Origin: Deltaproteobacteria bacterium
GTDB taxonomy: Bacteria; Myxococcota; JACRCW01
Assembly: GCA_016218805.1 (NCBI GenBank)
Contig: JACRCW010000044.1
Span: 1 to 64,000 of the forward strand
DNA length: 64,000 bases
Reading direction: 5' to 3'
The position numbers and the translations under genes are program-made. The notes beneath the pieces were generated by a model that did not search any database, was not told the DNA's origin, and worked only from the letters and a program-made list of their open reading frames with translations. Positions 22,382 through 33,410 of the stretch are shown here, piece after piece (position 1 is the first letter of the stretch; each line of letters starts with the position of its first letter).

Positions 22382-23017
22382 ATGGTGTCCAACACGCATT
22401 CCTCCGGCTCGGTGTTCGTCCCGCTGCCCGTGCCCGCGGACGACCCCAACGTGGACCAGCGGATGCTGCTCCACGGCGTGACCTGGCGCGACTACCTGGT
22501 GTTGCGCGAGCTGTTGGACGGCCCGGGACTCCGGATGACCTACCTGAACGGAGTGCTTGAGTTCATGTCGCCCTCCCGCAAGCATGAAGGCGTCAAGACG
22601 CGTCTGGCCCGGCTGCTGGAGTTGTATGCACTTGAGCTGGACATCCCGCTGTTCGGGTATGGGTCCACCACGTTCCGGCATGAAGCCCAGGAACGCGGGC
22701 TGGAGCCGGACGAGTGCTACGTTGTTGGGCGGGACATGGCTGAGTTTCCTGACATTGCGCTGGAGGTGGCGGTGACGGCGGGGGGTCTCAACCGGCTGGA
22801 GGTGTACCGGCCCATGGGGGTGAAGGAGGTCTGGTTCTGGTTTGAGGGATCCATCACCGTCTACGTGCTGGAAGACGGCGGCTATCGGCACTGCGCGCGG
22901 AGTTCGCTGCTGCCGGACCTGGACCTCAAGGAACTGGCCCAGCTTGCGGACCAGGAGGATCAGCACGCGGCGCTCAAGGAATACCGTCGGAGGTTGAGGG
23001 AGTTCTCCGCGCACTGA
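22382..23017 (+). CDS. Uma2-family endonuclease-like protein
   Basis: GVTWRDY, RMTYLNGVLEFMSP, GSTTF, EPDECY, PDIALEV, GVKEVWFW. Confidence 0.9.
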   Translation: MVSNTHSSGSVFVPLPVPADDPNVDQRMLLHGVTWRDYLVLRELLDGPGLRMTYLNGVLEFMSPSRKHEGVKTRLARLLELYALELDIPLFGYGSTTFRHEAQERGLEPDECYVVGRDMAEFPDIALEVAVTAGGLNRLEVYRPMGVKEVWFWFEGSITVYVLEDGGYRHCARSSLLPDLDLKELAQLADQEDQHAALKEYRRRLREFSAH

Positions 23018-23287
23018 GAGGGCGGGCAGGCCCGGTGTTCCTGGGTCATGGGGGCGATCCCGGGCGATCCCGCCCACCCCACGGCTCCCGGTTGTGATCC
23101 CCATCGCTTTCTGCCAAGGTGCGCCGCCCTTCCAGGCCGGCTCCCACTTTGGGGGCGGTCGTCGCACACCGTGCGGGCCCCGTTAGGTCGCTAACGGCGC
23201 AGGGGGGCACACCGGGGTGCCCGTGGAACCAGTCCTGAATACGCCACTGAGTCCAAGCGCTTGTGCCAGCCGGCACGGGCTTGGGCG

Positions 23288-23303
23288 TGGCGTGGGACTT
23301 GCT
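23288..23303 (+). promoter_or_regulatory. Putative sigma54 promoter
   Basis: TGGCGTGGGACTTGCT, close to TGGCACG-N4-TTGCW with exact GG-N10-GC spacing, 60 nt upstream of the ATG. Confidence 0.6.
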
Positions 23304-23362
23304 CAGCGGGCCCAAAGCCCTCAGGCGCGCCGGCCGGGTGGCCGGGGCCAGGAGTGGATCGC

Positions 23363-24673
23363 ATGAAGCAGACAAGCACAGGTCGGTGGTGGTTGGTGGG
23401 CTGCGTGGCGGTGTCGCTCGGCACTCCGGCAGCCCTTGCGGCCCCGCGGACCACCCAAATCACCAAGACGGCAGCCAAGGCCACCCCGGCGCCCGCAGCA
23501 GACGCGCCGGTGTCTCCCACCCCCACCACGCCGGAAGTCCCGGTGGTGACGCCCCCGGAGGTGGTGCCCCCCGGGGACGCCCGGCCGGGCGAAGGCGGCG
23601 TGTTTGCGCCGTTTGTCCCGCTGGTGGAGGGGCTGACGGACAACCTGCAGCTGGGCCGGCCGGAGAAGTTCCCCGTTGGCATGCGCGCGGTGCTGGACAC
23701 GTCGGTGGGCTCCGGCGGGTTTGTGCTCAACCAGTACGCGCGCCAGCCGTCGGTCTCCAACACGCTGCGCCTGCAGCCGTCGCTGGCCATCTGGAAGTCC
23801 CTCAAGGCTTCCATGGTGTTGCAGGTGACCAAGGAGTGGATCGTCTCGCCCACGCAGTCCACCACGGTGCCCAACCAGATCCTCTTGCAGGACCTGTGGA
23901 TGGGCGTGGGGATGCCGCAGATCTACCGGGATGAGATGACCGGCCTGTCATTTGGCGCCGGCCTGTGGACGTATGCGCCCACGTCCATCCAGAGCCGGTC
24001 TGAGACGCTGCTGGTGGCGGCGCGCCCGTGGGTGACGCTGGCGTGGAGCAAGTGGGGCTTTGAAGCGGGCTACACGCTGGGCGTCCGCAAGAACTTCCAC
24101 CAGTACGTGAACCCCACGGTGGATGCCCGCTCCGGCGCGGTGGAGTGCACGGACCTGTCCGGCCGCTGCTTTGTGGCGGAGGTGGACGCCGGCGTGGCCC
24201 CGCGTGACGAAGAAGGCTTCCTCAAGAACGTGGGTGGCGGGCGCGTGCTGGACCTGCGCCGCCGCAACGTGAGCTACCAGGTCAGCCACCAGCTCACCGC
24301 GGGATACACGCTGTTTGACAAGCTCAGCTTCAGCGGGATGCTCATGCTGGCCAGCGCGTTCCGGTACGCCAACCCGCAGAATGAGTTCTCGTCACCCAAC
24401 GCGCAGAACCCGCAGGGCCACACGGACGTGTTGTGGAGCAACCTGGACGTGTCCTACGCGCTGTTTGACCACGTGGCCTTCTCCACCGGCTGGGGTCTGG
24501 TGCAGCCGTTCTACATGATGAACCGCGGCAGTGGCATTCCCGGGTGGAACACCAATGGCCAGAACGCCCCCGTCAGTGGCGGCGTGCTGTTCCCGGCGTT
24601 CCCGTTCTGGGACTTCTTCACGCCGGGCAACAATCTCCAGTCCTTCTACTTTGACGTCATCATCTCTCTCTGA
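23363..24673 (+). CDS. Putative outer-membrane beta-barrel protein
   Basis: AGGAG RBS, signal peptide ending ALA, Pro/Thr-rich linker, many amphipathic aromatic strands, C-terminal strand SFYFDVIISL. Confidence 0.75.
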   Translation: MKQTSTGRWWLVGCVAVSLGTPAALAAPRTTQITKTAAKATPAPAADAPVSPTPTTPEVPVVTPPEVVPPGDARPGEGGVFAPFVPLVEGLTDNLQLGRPEKFPVGMRAVLDTSVGSGGFVLNQYARQPSVSNTLRLQPSLAIWKSLKASMVLQVTKEWIVSPTQSTTVPNQILLQDLWMGVGMPQIYRDEMTGLSFGAGLWTYAPTSIQSRSETLLVAARPWVTLAWSKWGFEAGYTLGVRKNFHQYVNPTVDARSGAVECTDLSGRCFVAEVDAGVAPRDEEGFLKNVGGGRVLDLRRRNVSYQVSHQLTAGYTLFDKLSFSGMLMLASAFRYANPQNEFSSPNAQNPQGHTDVLWSNLDVSYALFDHVAFSTGWGLVQPFYMMNRGSGIPGWNTNGQNAPVSGGVLFPAFPFWDFFTPGNNLQSFYFDVIISL

Positions 24674-24685
24674 GGAGCACTTCCC

Positions 24686-27600
24686 ATGTCCGTCCGCTCA
24701 TCCACGGGAGCCTCCATGCGTTTCCTGTTGACCGCCGCCCTGGCCGTGACAGCCCTTGCCGGCTGCCTCATCCAGCAGCCCAACCCGGACATCAACCGGG
24801 TCCAGAAGCCGTATCTGCCCAAGAGCATCTTCAATGACGGCGGGAGCTGGTACCTGCGCCGCACGTTTGTGGATGCGCCACCGCAGAGCTGGTACGCCAT
24901 TGGTGAGGGTGATTGGCCCGCCGCGGAGCGCATCCGCTTTGAAATCCGCGAAGACGCGCTCATCCTCTACCGGGACTATGAACTGGTGCCCGGCAGCGAG
25001 ACCGCCGAGCAGCCCGGCAGTGACTACCGCGGCACCATTGTGGCCAAGTTCCCGATCACGGAGCACTTTGACATCCGCCGGGCGTACAACCCCGTCACCG
25101 GCGAGCAGATGAACACCATTGAGAAGAACACGGAGCGCCCGTGGTTCCAGCGCGACTACGTGGTGGTGGATTGGGGCGCCTCCATGGACGGCAACCCCGC
25201 GTACTACGTCCAGGAGCAGGAGCGGACCAACCCGGACCGCGCGCGCTTTGGGAATGACTACCTGGAGTTCACGCTGCGCCAGAGCGCGGAGCCCTTCCTC
25301 ATCTCCTGCTGGGGCGGCCTGGACTGGGCCACCGTGCCGGACTGCGGCAGCGGCACGGTGGACATCCGCTGGAGCCTCAGCCGGGTGGACGCCAGCGCGG
25401 ACTTTGAGCCCACGCCGTTCCCGGACAGCGTGCAGCTGGTGGATGAGGGCGGCCAGCCGGTGCGGGACGTGCGCGGCCACGCGGTGCGCGTGCCCATCTT
25501 TGACAAGTTTGGCTTCTTCCGCCTGGAGCGGCTGACCTATGACCGCAACCGCGGCATCACGGACAGCGGGCGGCTGATGCGTGCCTTCAAGTTCAACATC
25601 TGGAAGAAGAGCTTTGGCCCGGATGGCCAGCCCATCCCGTTTGCCCAGCGCGAGCCGCAGCCCATCATCTACTACATGAACGCGGACATGCCTGAGGACA
25701 GCTGGGGCTCTGAAGCGGGCAGCGCCCTGTCCACGCTGACCATCAAGCAGGCCAACATTGAGATCGGCAACGACTACAATCAGGTGTTCCGCCAGGTGGT
25801 GGAGACCCTGCAGGGCCGGCCGCTGGACGCCAACTTCCGCATGTTTGAGGTGCGCGAGAACGACTGCAACTTTGCGCACGTGGTGCAGTTTGCCGACGAG
25901 AACGGCCTGGGCGAGGAGCTGGAGTTTGTGGGCGGCGTGGAAGGCTTCACCACCCGCCACGGCGAGATGGCCGCCGCGTGCACCGCGGAACCCATGGGCC
26001 GTGACTGCAGCGACAAGCGCCAGAAGTGGGGCTACACGCTCAAGCAGGCGTGCACCGCGCTGGAGAGCTCCACCGAGAACAACGACAATGACCAGCCCAA
26101 GTTCGCCTGGCAGCGGCTGGGTGACGTGCGCTACTCGTTTGTGCACCTCACCAGCCACCTGCAGTCCGTGGGCTGGCTGGGCCTGGGCATGCTGGCCGCG
26201 GACCCCGTCACCGCGGAGATCCGCAACGCATTTGCCTACGTGGATGGCCCGGGCACGGACATGTCCGCCACCATTGCATTGGATTACGTGGACGGCATGA
26301 ATGACCAGACCGAAATGGCGGACCTGGTGTTTGGCACGGACATCTCCACCTACACCATGCAGCAGAACCAGAAGGTGGGCGCCAAGCTCAAGGGCTACCC
26401 CACCTCTGAGCAGATTGCTGACGTGGAGCGCCGCTTCCGCATGCGCGGTGAGCGCCCAGAGGAACTGCTCAAGCCGGCGGACAGCCTGCCCGCGCAGGCC
26501 ATGGCGCGGCTCAGCGCGCTGGCCGGCACGCCCATGGAGCGCGCGCTGCTGAACCAGGATGACCTGATGCTGGCCGCGGGCCGGCCCATGCCGGAGGGCG
26601 GGGACTTCACGGAGGAGGCGCTGGAGAAGGTGAGCGCCGCGCGCGGGTCCATGGAGAGGATGAAGCAGGCCTACCAGGAGCGCATCAAGCGTGCGGTGGG
26701 CGGCAAGGACGGACCCTGCCACTACCTGCGCGAGTTCATTGACGACGGTCTCATTGGCATGGCGCTGCAACTGCGCGACAAACCGAGGGTGGAGCGATGG
26801 GCCTACCTGCGCTTCATGATCTACAAGACGGTCATGCTGCATGAGGTGGGTCACACCCTGGGCCTGCGGCACAACTTCCAGGGCACCTATGACGGGTTGA
26901 ACTACCACCCGTCATTCTTCCGCAAGCTGGAGCTGTACACGCGGGCCTCCCAGGCCGGCGCGGAGCGCGAGGCACTGCCGCTGGATGACGCGTGGACCGT
27001 GGCCGACGCGGGCCTCACCGCCGGCGGTGGCCAGGCGGCCGCGTTTGCCGCGGACAAGAGCAGCCTGGAGCGCTGCATCAGCCAGGTCGCGCTCAGCGAG
27101 GACCGCTGGGTCACCGATTGCGTGAACAACGACTCGTCATCTGACTCCAACACCGTCAAGCTGCGCAACTGCAGGGATGCGCTGCCCTACGCGCGTGAGA
27201 CCGCGCAGGTGCTGGTGATTGACGCCATGATGTGCCTGCGCGCGGACGAGGGGAAATCCTCCTCCGTCATGGACTACCACGGCAAGCTCAACGGCCGCTT
27301 TGAGGGCCTGGGCTACTACGACAAAGCCGCGCTGATGTTTGGCTACGGCCAAATCGTGGAGGAGTTTGATTCGGACGCGCTGCGGAACATCACCGCCTCC
27401 AGCCCCGCGGATGAACTTCCCAAGTGGGTGGACACCAACGACTACAAGCGCTCCATTGACGATTTGGCGATGAACGCCGATGCGCTCAGCCACCGCGTGT
27501 TCCGCTACAAGCCGTGGAGCGCCACGCGCACGTCCTATTCGCCCAGTGCGTTGGAGGTGCCGTACGGGTTCTGCTCTGACGAGCGCGCCTACACCGGCGG

Positions 27601-29137
27601 GGGCACGGACAAGTGCCGGCTGCGGGACTTCGGCGGCAACCACCGCGAGCAGATGCAGCACGACCTCCTGCGCTACAAGGAGTATTACTTCTTCACGCAG
27701 TTCGCCCGGAACCGGCTGACGTGGGACATTGGCGCGGCCATCCAGGGCAACCGCACCATCTTTGACAACATCCTGCGCACGTTCCAGTACATGTACTTCT
27801 ACCGTGCGTTCAGCCCCACGTTCTTTGAGACGGACAAGGGGCGGGACTTCCTCAAGGCCTCCCAGGCGGGCCTGGACCTGTACGCGGAGGTGCTGGCGCA
27901 GCCGGAGATGGGCCTGTTCCTGGAGCCCAACACGGCGTGGGGCTTCACGCGGGACAGCCGGGTGCGCGGCCGCTACCTGCGCGTCAGCGCGGAGGAGACG
28001 CTGGACCTGGATCCCAGCCAGTTCACCGCGGGCGGCCAGGCGCGGGTGGCGGTGCCGTCGTACTACTACGGCACCTGTGATTTTGGTGATTACTCGGGAT
28101 TTGATTGCAACCAGGGCGCGCAGTACCCGGGCTTCACCTGTGACAACAACCTGTGCGCCATGACCATCCCCCTGGGAGACGGTCGGCCCAGCTACCTGAA
28201 CTTTACCAACGACTACGAGGACTGGTTCTTCACGTACGTCGGCAACTACTTCGACAAGCAGGGCGTGATCATCGACATGGTGGACTCCGCCTCCTACTTC
28301 CCGCAGTTGGCGGAAGAAGGCGGCTACGGCGTCATCAACCCCAACGTCCGCCTGCTGAACGTGGGTGTGGCGTCCCTGTTTGGTGACTCCATCCGCGGCG
28401 CCCTGCACGGCCTCATCACGGACCGCCCGCGCGACTACTCCAACTACTGGAGTCCGGCCACCGGGTATCAGGCGCGCAGCTTCATCAGCCTGGAGCGCGG
28501 CAAACAGCCGTTGGCCAGCGACGATGTCCTCATTCTCCCGCGGTCCATCACCAACCTGCCGTACCTGGCGCTGCTGTACGGTGCGGCGTTCCAGTCCAGC
28601 CTGGATGACGGTGTGCTGGACTTCATGACAACCATGCAGGTGGGCGTGAAGGGCGAGGAAGATGACATTGGCGGGTGGGACAACCTGCCGGCGGACCTCA
28701 AGGCTGAGTTCACCCACCCGCAGACAGGCGTGACCTACCGCGCCAGCAAGGTGGGTGACTACGCCATTGGCTACGAGCTGGTGCAGGAGGCCAAGCGGCA
28801 GGCGCAGAAGTACCTGGACTACAAGGCCTGCACGGATGACCCCAGTTCCACGGCGAGCCAGTGCATGTGCACCTACGCGGTGAAGTTCTACTACGACGAC
28901 AAGAATGGCGACGGCGACATCAACGGCACCGGCGGCGGCGGAGCCACCGACGAGTGCATCATCATGCGCGCCGAAGACCAGGGGAAGCGCCCCTGCCAGA
29001 CCAGCGTGGAACCCTGCGCCGCGCTGGACCGGCAGGACAAGCGTGAACGCGCGATGGAGCGCATGGAGATGGCCGTGGAGCGGTTGGAAAACCTCCGCGG
29101 CTTCTACCAGTCCTTCAACGGCAGCTGGCGCCTGTGA
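24686..29137 (+). CDS. Large Zn-dependent metalloprotease lipoprotein (metzincin, DUF4953/EcxA-like), paralog 1
   Basis: Lipobox LAGC, ADPVTAEI, HEVGHTLGLRHNFQG, Met-turn SSVMDY, YD-xx-A-xx-FGY; alternative start at 24716. Confidence 0.87.
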   Translation: MSVRSSTGASMRFLLTAALAVTALAGCLIQQPNPDINRVQKPYLPKSIFNDGGSWYLRRTFVDAPPQSWYAIGEGDWPAAERIRFEIREDALILYRDYELVPGSETAEQPGSDYRGTIVAKFPITEHFDIRRAYNPVTGEQMNTIEKNTERPWFQRDYVVVDWGASMDGNPAYYVQEQERTNPDRARFGNDYLEFTLRQSAEPFLISCWGGLDWATVPDCGSGTVDIRWSLSRVDASADFEPTPFPDSVQLVDEGGQPVRDVRGHAVRVPIFDKFGFFRLERLTYDRNRGITDSGRLMRAFKFNIWKKSFGPDGQPIPFAQREPQPIIYYMNADMPEDSWGSEAGSALSTLTIKQANIEIGNDYNQVFRQVVETLQGRPLDANFRMFEVRENDCNFAHVVQFADENGLGEELEFVGGVEGFTTRHGEMAAACTAEPMGRDCSDKRQKWGYTLKQACTALESSTENNDNDQPKFAWQRLGDVRYSFVHLTSHLQSVGWLGLGMLAADPVTAEIRNAFAYVDGPGTDMSATIALDYVDGMNDQTEMADLVFGTDISTYTMQQNQKVGAKLKGYPTSEQIADVERRFRMRGERPEELLKPADSLPAQAMARLSALAGTPMERALLNQDDLMLAAGRPMPEGGDFTEEALEKVSAARGSMERMKQAYQERIKRAVGGKDGPCHYLREFIDDGLIGMALQLRDKPRVERWAYLRFMIYKTVMLHEVGHTLGLRHNFQGTYDGLNYHPSFFRKLELYTRASQAGAEREALPLDDAWTVADAGLTAGGGQAAAFAADKSSLERCISQVALSEDRWVTDCVNNDSSSDSNTVKLRNCRDALPYARETAQVLVIDAMMCLRADEGKSSSVMDYHGKLNGRFEGLGYYDKAALMFGYGQIVEEFDSDALRNITASSPADELPKWVDTNDYKRSIDDLAMNADALSHRVFRYKPWSATRTSYSPSALEVPYGFCSDERAYTGGGTDKCRLRDFGGNHREQMQHDLLRYKEYYFFTQFARNRLTWDIGAAIQGNRTIFDNILRTFQYMYFYRAFSPTFFETDKGRDFLKASQAGLDLYAEVLAQPEMGLFLEPNTAWGFTRDSRVRGRYLRVSAEETLDLDPSQFTAGGQARVAVPSYYYGTCDFGDYSGFDCNQGAQYPGFTCDNNLCAMTIPLGDGRPSYLNFTNDYEDWFFTYVGNYFDKQGVIIDMVDSASYFPQLAEEGGYGVINPNVRLLNVGVASLFGDSIRGALHGLITDRPRDYSNYWSPATGYQARSFISLERGKQPLASDDVLILPRSITNLPYLALLYGAAFQSSLDDGVLDFMTTMQVGVKGEEDDIGGWDNLPADLKAEFTHPQTGVTYRASKVGDYAIGYELVQEAKRQAQKYLDYKACTDDPSSTASQCMCTYAVKFYYDDKNGDGDINGTGGGGATDECIIMRAEDQGKRPCQTSVEPCAALDRQDKRERAMERMEMAVERLENLRGFYQSFNGSWRL

Positions 29138-29184
29138 GGTGGACCATGTCTACGCGTGAACTGACCAAGAACCGGGAGAAGACC

Positions 29185-32100
29185 ATGAACTGCGCGCGTT
29201 GGCTGGCCCTGCTGGGCTCAGTGGTCGTCGCGGGTGCCTGCGCCAAGAGCGTGGGGGACATCCGCCGCGTCCAGCCGGATTACTACGCCAAGAGCATCTT
29301 CACGGGGACGTGGTACTCGCGTCCCACCGTGATCTCCGCCGCCTACAACCAGGCCAGCCTCTTTGAAGGCCTGGAAGGCAACATGGAGAAGGTGCGCTGG
29401 GAGGTGCAGGAGGAGCAGCTGGTGGCGTGGCGCGCCTATGAGAACATCCCCAACTCGGAGGAGAACCCCGGCAGCCACACGCCCATCGCCATCTTCCGCA
29501 TCAAGAAGCAGTTTGACCTGCGGCGCGACTACAACGCGGCCAACGGCGCGGAAGGCAACGTCATCGTGGAGAACGACTTTGACCGCCCGTGGTGGGAGCG
29601 GGACTACATCCGCGTGGACTGGTCCGCCAACCTGGTGCCGGATTACGACCTGGCCGGCTTTGCCAAGTTCAGCGGCGAGTCCATGGCCATCAACCAGACG
29701 GGTGACAAGTACGAGGTGGAGCGCCCGCGCATCACGGAGGATTACATTGACGTGGTGAACCGGGTGCACATGTTCCCGGACTGGAGCATCCTGGCCATGT
29801 ACGGGTGGGAAGGTGACCTGTTCAAGGACACCGAAGCGACCATCCGCTGGAGCTTCCGCAAGGTGGAGGAGCGCGGGTTTGAGCCGTTGCTCTACCCGGA
29901 CTACCTGCCCGTCAAGGTGAAGTACCGCTATGCGCGCCGCCTGAACGCCACAACCTACCTGCCGTGCACGCCCACCCGGGATGACCGCAGCTGCGTGCTG
30001 TACGGCGGTGCGCCGTCCAGCGGCCCGTCAGACGGCACCTGCGGTTCCTACAGTGAGACGGTGACGCCCAACTGGAACAACACCGCGCTGTGCCACCCGG
30101 ACACCACGCTGCAGCAGGACTGCTTCTGCACCTCTGAGGCGGTGGACCTGTGGCTGGATTCCAGCGGCAACATCTGTGATTCGCGCCTGGGGGCGGACAT
30201 TGATCCGGAGGACTGCTACCAGCTGACGTATCCGGTCTTTGAGCGGTTTGGCTTCTTCCGCACGCTGCGGTTCCCGTTTGACTGGGAGCGGAACTTCACG
30301 TTCCAGGGCCGCATCTACCTGGCCAACCGCTGGCACATCTGGGACCGCAGCAAGGGCGAGGACGGCGCGGCCATCCCGTACGCGGACCGCGTGCCCAAGC
30401 CGGTGGTGTACTACACCAACCCGGAGTTCCCTGAAGACCTGCGCGAGGACGCGGATCACATTGCCTCCGACTGGTCACGTCCGCTCAAGGACACCGTGGC
30501 GGAGCTGCAGGGCGTGGCGGTGGGCAGCGTGCCGGAGATGTTCCAGGTGCGGCGTAACAACTGCAATCCGGAGAACGTGCTGGAGTTTGCCGCCAGGAAT
30601 GACATGGAGTGGGTGCTGGATGACGCCATTGGCGGCAAGGACCGCCTGGCGCCAGGCAACCTCAAGCGCGCGTGCACGGCGTTGGAGGTGGAGACCTGGG
30701 AGCGTGATGGCGACGAGCGCTTTGAGTGGCAGCGCGTGGGCGACCTGCGCTACAGCTTCATGCACTGGGTGCACACGCCGCAGCTGGCGGGGCCGTTGGG
30801 CTACGGCCCGTCCAGCGCGGACCCGGAGACCGGTGAGATTGTCAGCGCCAACGCGTATCTGTACGGCGCCGCGGTGGACACGTACGCCAACTTTGCCGCG
30901 GACGTGATCCAGCTGGTCAACGGCGAGCTGGACCCCGCGCAGTTTGCGGATGGTGACTACACCATCTCCGAGATTGCGCTGGGCCGCGCCCGCGTGAACC
31001 AGGGCCTGTCCAAGCGCAGCGCGCGCCAGCTCATGCAGCGCGTGGCGGATTTGGATGCGGCGGACCCGGAAGGGTACATGCCGCAGCTGCCCAGCCCCTC
31101 AGACATCAACCGCGCGGACCCGCGTTCCGCCACGGCGCTGATGGACCAGAACATGCGCATCAAGGCCATGGACGGCTTTGCGCGCGAGTACCTGGTGGAC
31201 GAGGAGATGCTCAAGGCGTTTGCCGGGCCGGATCGCTACCAGCCGGGCGCGTTGCCGGGCATGGATGCGCTCAAGCACGCTTCGCCCGCGCGGTGGGGCC
31301 GGTACCCGGACCTGCTGGCGCAACTCAAGGCGTCTGACCCGCGGGCTGATTCCGAGGACGACACGCTGGGCGGGTTGGACCGCCACGCGCGCCTGGAGCG
31401 GTACCTGGCGGAGAAGACCATTGAGTACGGCTCCATGCTGGTGGAGCCGGCCATCTACGGGCTGGCGCAGGACTTCAGGGGCCTCCCGCGTGACGAGGTG
31501 GTGCGCCGCGCGCGCAAGAAGATCTTCTACGGCGTGGAGGCGCACGAGGTGGGCCACACGCTGGGCCTGCGGCACAACTTTGCGGGCAGCTCCGACGCGA
31601 TGAACTTCCACGAGCAGTTCTGGAGCGAGCTGGACCCGGCCACGGACCCCACCAGCCGCAAGTGGGACTACGCGTACAGCTCCATCATGGACTACCACCA
31701 GCGCTTCAGCAGCGACTGGGCGGGCGTGGGGCCGTATGACCGCGCGGCGGTGAAGTTCGGCTACGGCCAGCTCATGGAGGTCTTTGACGAGCGCGGTGGC
31801 AACTTTGTGCCGCGCACGTACTTTGATTTTGCCACCAGCGTGATGGACTACACGGACATCCCGCGCATCCTGTCCGGCACCAACGTGGACCAGGCGTTTG
31901 AGACCGCGTACTACGACGCGCTGGCGGGCCGCTCACAGGTGTTGACGCTGCCGGCCAGCATCCCGCCGTCGGTGGACAACCAGTACAAGCGGCGCAACGT
32001 GCCGTTTGCGGACGTCTGGAAGGACTACATCAATGACAATCTGCCGGGCTTTGTGAACGGCGTGTACAGCCCCGGCTATGAGAACGAATACGTGCCGGTG

Positions 32101-33390
32101 CCCTATCAGTTCTGCTCGGACGCGTACGCGTGGGGCGGCAACCTGACGTGCAACCGCTACGACATGGGCGCGAACATCCAGGAGATCGTCCACCACTCCG
32201 CGGAGATGTACGACTCGTATTACCTGTTCAACAACTTCCGGCGTGACCGCTTCTTCTTCATGGGCGGGCCCATGACGTTTGACGTGGGCGCGTACATGGA
32301 GCGCCTGTACAGCCGCACCTACCAGCCCATGCTCAACGCGTTCCGGTATTACTTCTATTACCGGCGCAGCCAGCTCATCATGTACCCGCTGGTGCAGGAT
32401 TGGGCCACGGCGGCATTTGAGGGCCTGAACTTCTTCAGCAGCGTCATCGCCAAGCCCAACCCGGGCAAGTACTGCCTGAAGCTGGGCACGTACGTGCCGC
32501 GCAGCGAATCCCCCGGCACCTGCGACAGCCCCGTGGAGATCCCGCTGGGACAGGGGCGTCAGTTCTCGTCGGGTTGGACCGGTGAGTACTACTACAAGCC
32601 CACGGTGGTCGGTTCGTATTGGGACAAGGCGCTGGCGTTGCAGGCGCTCACGGACAGCCAGTTCTTCCTGGTGCGCAACTTCTCCAGCCTGTTTGACCGC
32701 GGCGCGTTCTCCATCACGTACTACCGCGTGTTTGAGGATGAGATCACCAACCTGTTCCGGTCTCTCACGGAAGGCTCGCTGGGTGACATGTCTTCCGGCG
32801 TGCAGCAGGACGCCGCCACGGGTGAATGGACGGTGGTGCCGCGGCCGCTGGTTGGGCTGGAAGGCCACACCGCGCCCAACCTGCCGCGCATCAAGGCGGC
32901 GTCCAACTGGTCACTGCAGAAGCTGTCCGCGTTCTTTGGCATGCTGGGCTTCACCAGCACCGTGGACCGCAAGATGGACTTTGCCCGGCGCATGCGCGTG
33001 ACCTACCAGGGCGCGTCCGACGACCCGCTCTACGAAGGCTTCACCGCCGCGGAGATTGCCACCTTCACCGACCCGGTCACGCACCTGGTGTACCGCGCCG
33101 CCCCGGTGGGCGGCCTGGATGCGCCCGGCTACCGGATGGTGGAGCAGGCGCGCCAGTTCCATGACCAGACCTGGGTGCCCGCCAAGGCGGAGTATGACCA
33201 GGCGCAGGCCGCGCTGGACGCGCTGATTGCGTCCGGCAACGCCAGCGCCCAGCAACTCAACGCGGCCACCGAGGCGCGTGACAACGCCATGGTGGGCTTC
33301 AGCGCCGCCGACCGCGCCCTGCGCGAGAAGGTGGAACTGCTGGAGTACGTGCGCGTGCTGGGCTGGTACCAGCACCTGTACGCGGACTGA
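29185..33390 (+). CDS. Large Zn-dependent metalloprotease lipoprotein, paralog 2
   Basis: GGGAG RBS, lipobox AGAC, ADPETGEI, HEVGHTLGLRHNFAGS, SSIMDY, YDRAAVKFGY. Confidence 0.88.
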   Translation: MNCARWLALLGSVVVAGACAKSVGDIRRVQPDYYAKSIFTGTWYSRPTVISAAYNQASLFEGLEGNMEKVRWEVQEEQLVAWRAYENIPNSEENPGSHTPIAIFRIKKQFDLRRDYNAANGAEGNVIVENDFDRPWWERDYIRVDWSANLVPDYDLAGFAKFSGESMAINQTGDKYEVERPRITEDYIDVVNRVHMFPDWSILAMYGWEGDLFKDTEATIRWSFRKVEERGFEPLLYPDYLPVKVKYRYARRLNATTYLPCTPTRDDRSCVLYGGAPSSGPSDGTCGSYSETVTPNWNNTALCHPDTTLQQDCFCTSEAVDLWLDSSGNICDSRLGADIDPEDCYQLTYPVFERFGFFRTLRFPFDWERNFTFQGRIYLANRWHIWDRSKGEDGAAIPYADRVPKPVVYYTNPEFPEDLREDADHIASDWSRPLKDTVAELQGVAVGSVPEMFQVRRNNCNPENVLEFAARNDMEWVLDDAIGGKDRLAPGNLKRACTALEVETWERDGDERFEWQRVGDLRYSFMHWVHTPQLAGPLGYGPSSADPETGEIVSANAYLYGAAVDTYANFAADVIQLVNGELDPAQFADGDYTISEIALGRARVNQGLSKRSARQLMQRVADLDAADPEGYMPQLPSPSDINRADPRSATALMDQNMRIKAMDGFAREYLVDEEMLKAFAGPDRYQPGALPGMDALKHASPARWGRYPDLLAQLKASDPRADSEDDTLGGLDRHARLERYLAEKTIEYGSMLVEPAIYGLAQDFRGLPRDEVVRRARKKIFYGVEAHEVGHTLGLRHNFAGSSDAMNFHEQFWSELDPATDPTSRKWDYAYSSIMDYHQRFSSDWAGVGPYDRAAVKFGYGQLMEVFDERGGNFVPRTYFDFATSVMDYTDIPRILSGTNVDQAFETAYYDALAGRSQVLTLPASIPPSVDNQYKRRNVPFADVWKDYINDNLPGFVNGVYSPGYENEYVPVPYQFCSDAYAWGGNLTCNRYDMGANIQEIVHHSAEMYDSYYLFNNFRRDRFFFMGGPMTFDVGAYMERLYSRTYQPMLNAFRYYFYYRRSQLIMYPLVQDWATAAFEGLNFFSSVIAKPNPGKYCLKLGTYVPRSESPGTCDSPVEIPLGQGRQFSSGWTGEYYYKPTVVGSYWDKALALQALTDSQFFLVRNFSSLFDRGAFSITYYRVFEDEITNLFRSLTEGSLGDMSSGVQQDAATGEWTVVPRPLVGLEGHTAPNLPRIKAASNWSLQKLSAFFGMLGFTSTVDRKMDFARRMRVTYQGASDDPLYEGFTAAEIATFTDPVTHLVYRAAPVGGLDAPGYRMVEQARQFHDQTWVPAKAEYDQAQAALDALIASGNASAQQLNAATEARDNAMVGFSAADRALREKVELLEYVRVLGWYQHLYAD

Positions 33391-33410
33391 TCCGCAGCGC
33401 GTAAGAACTG

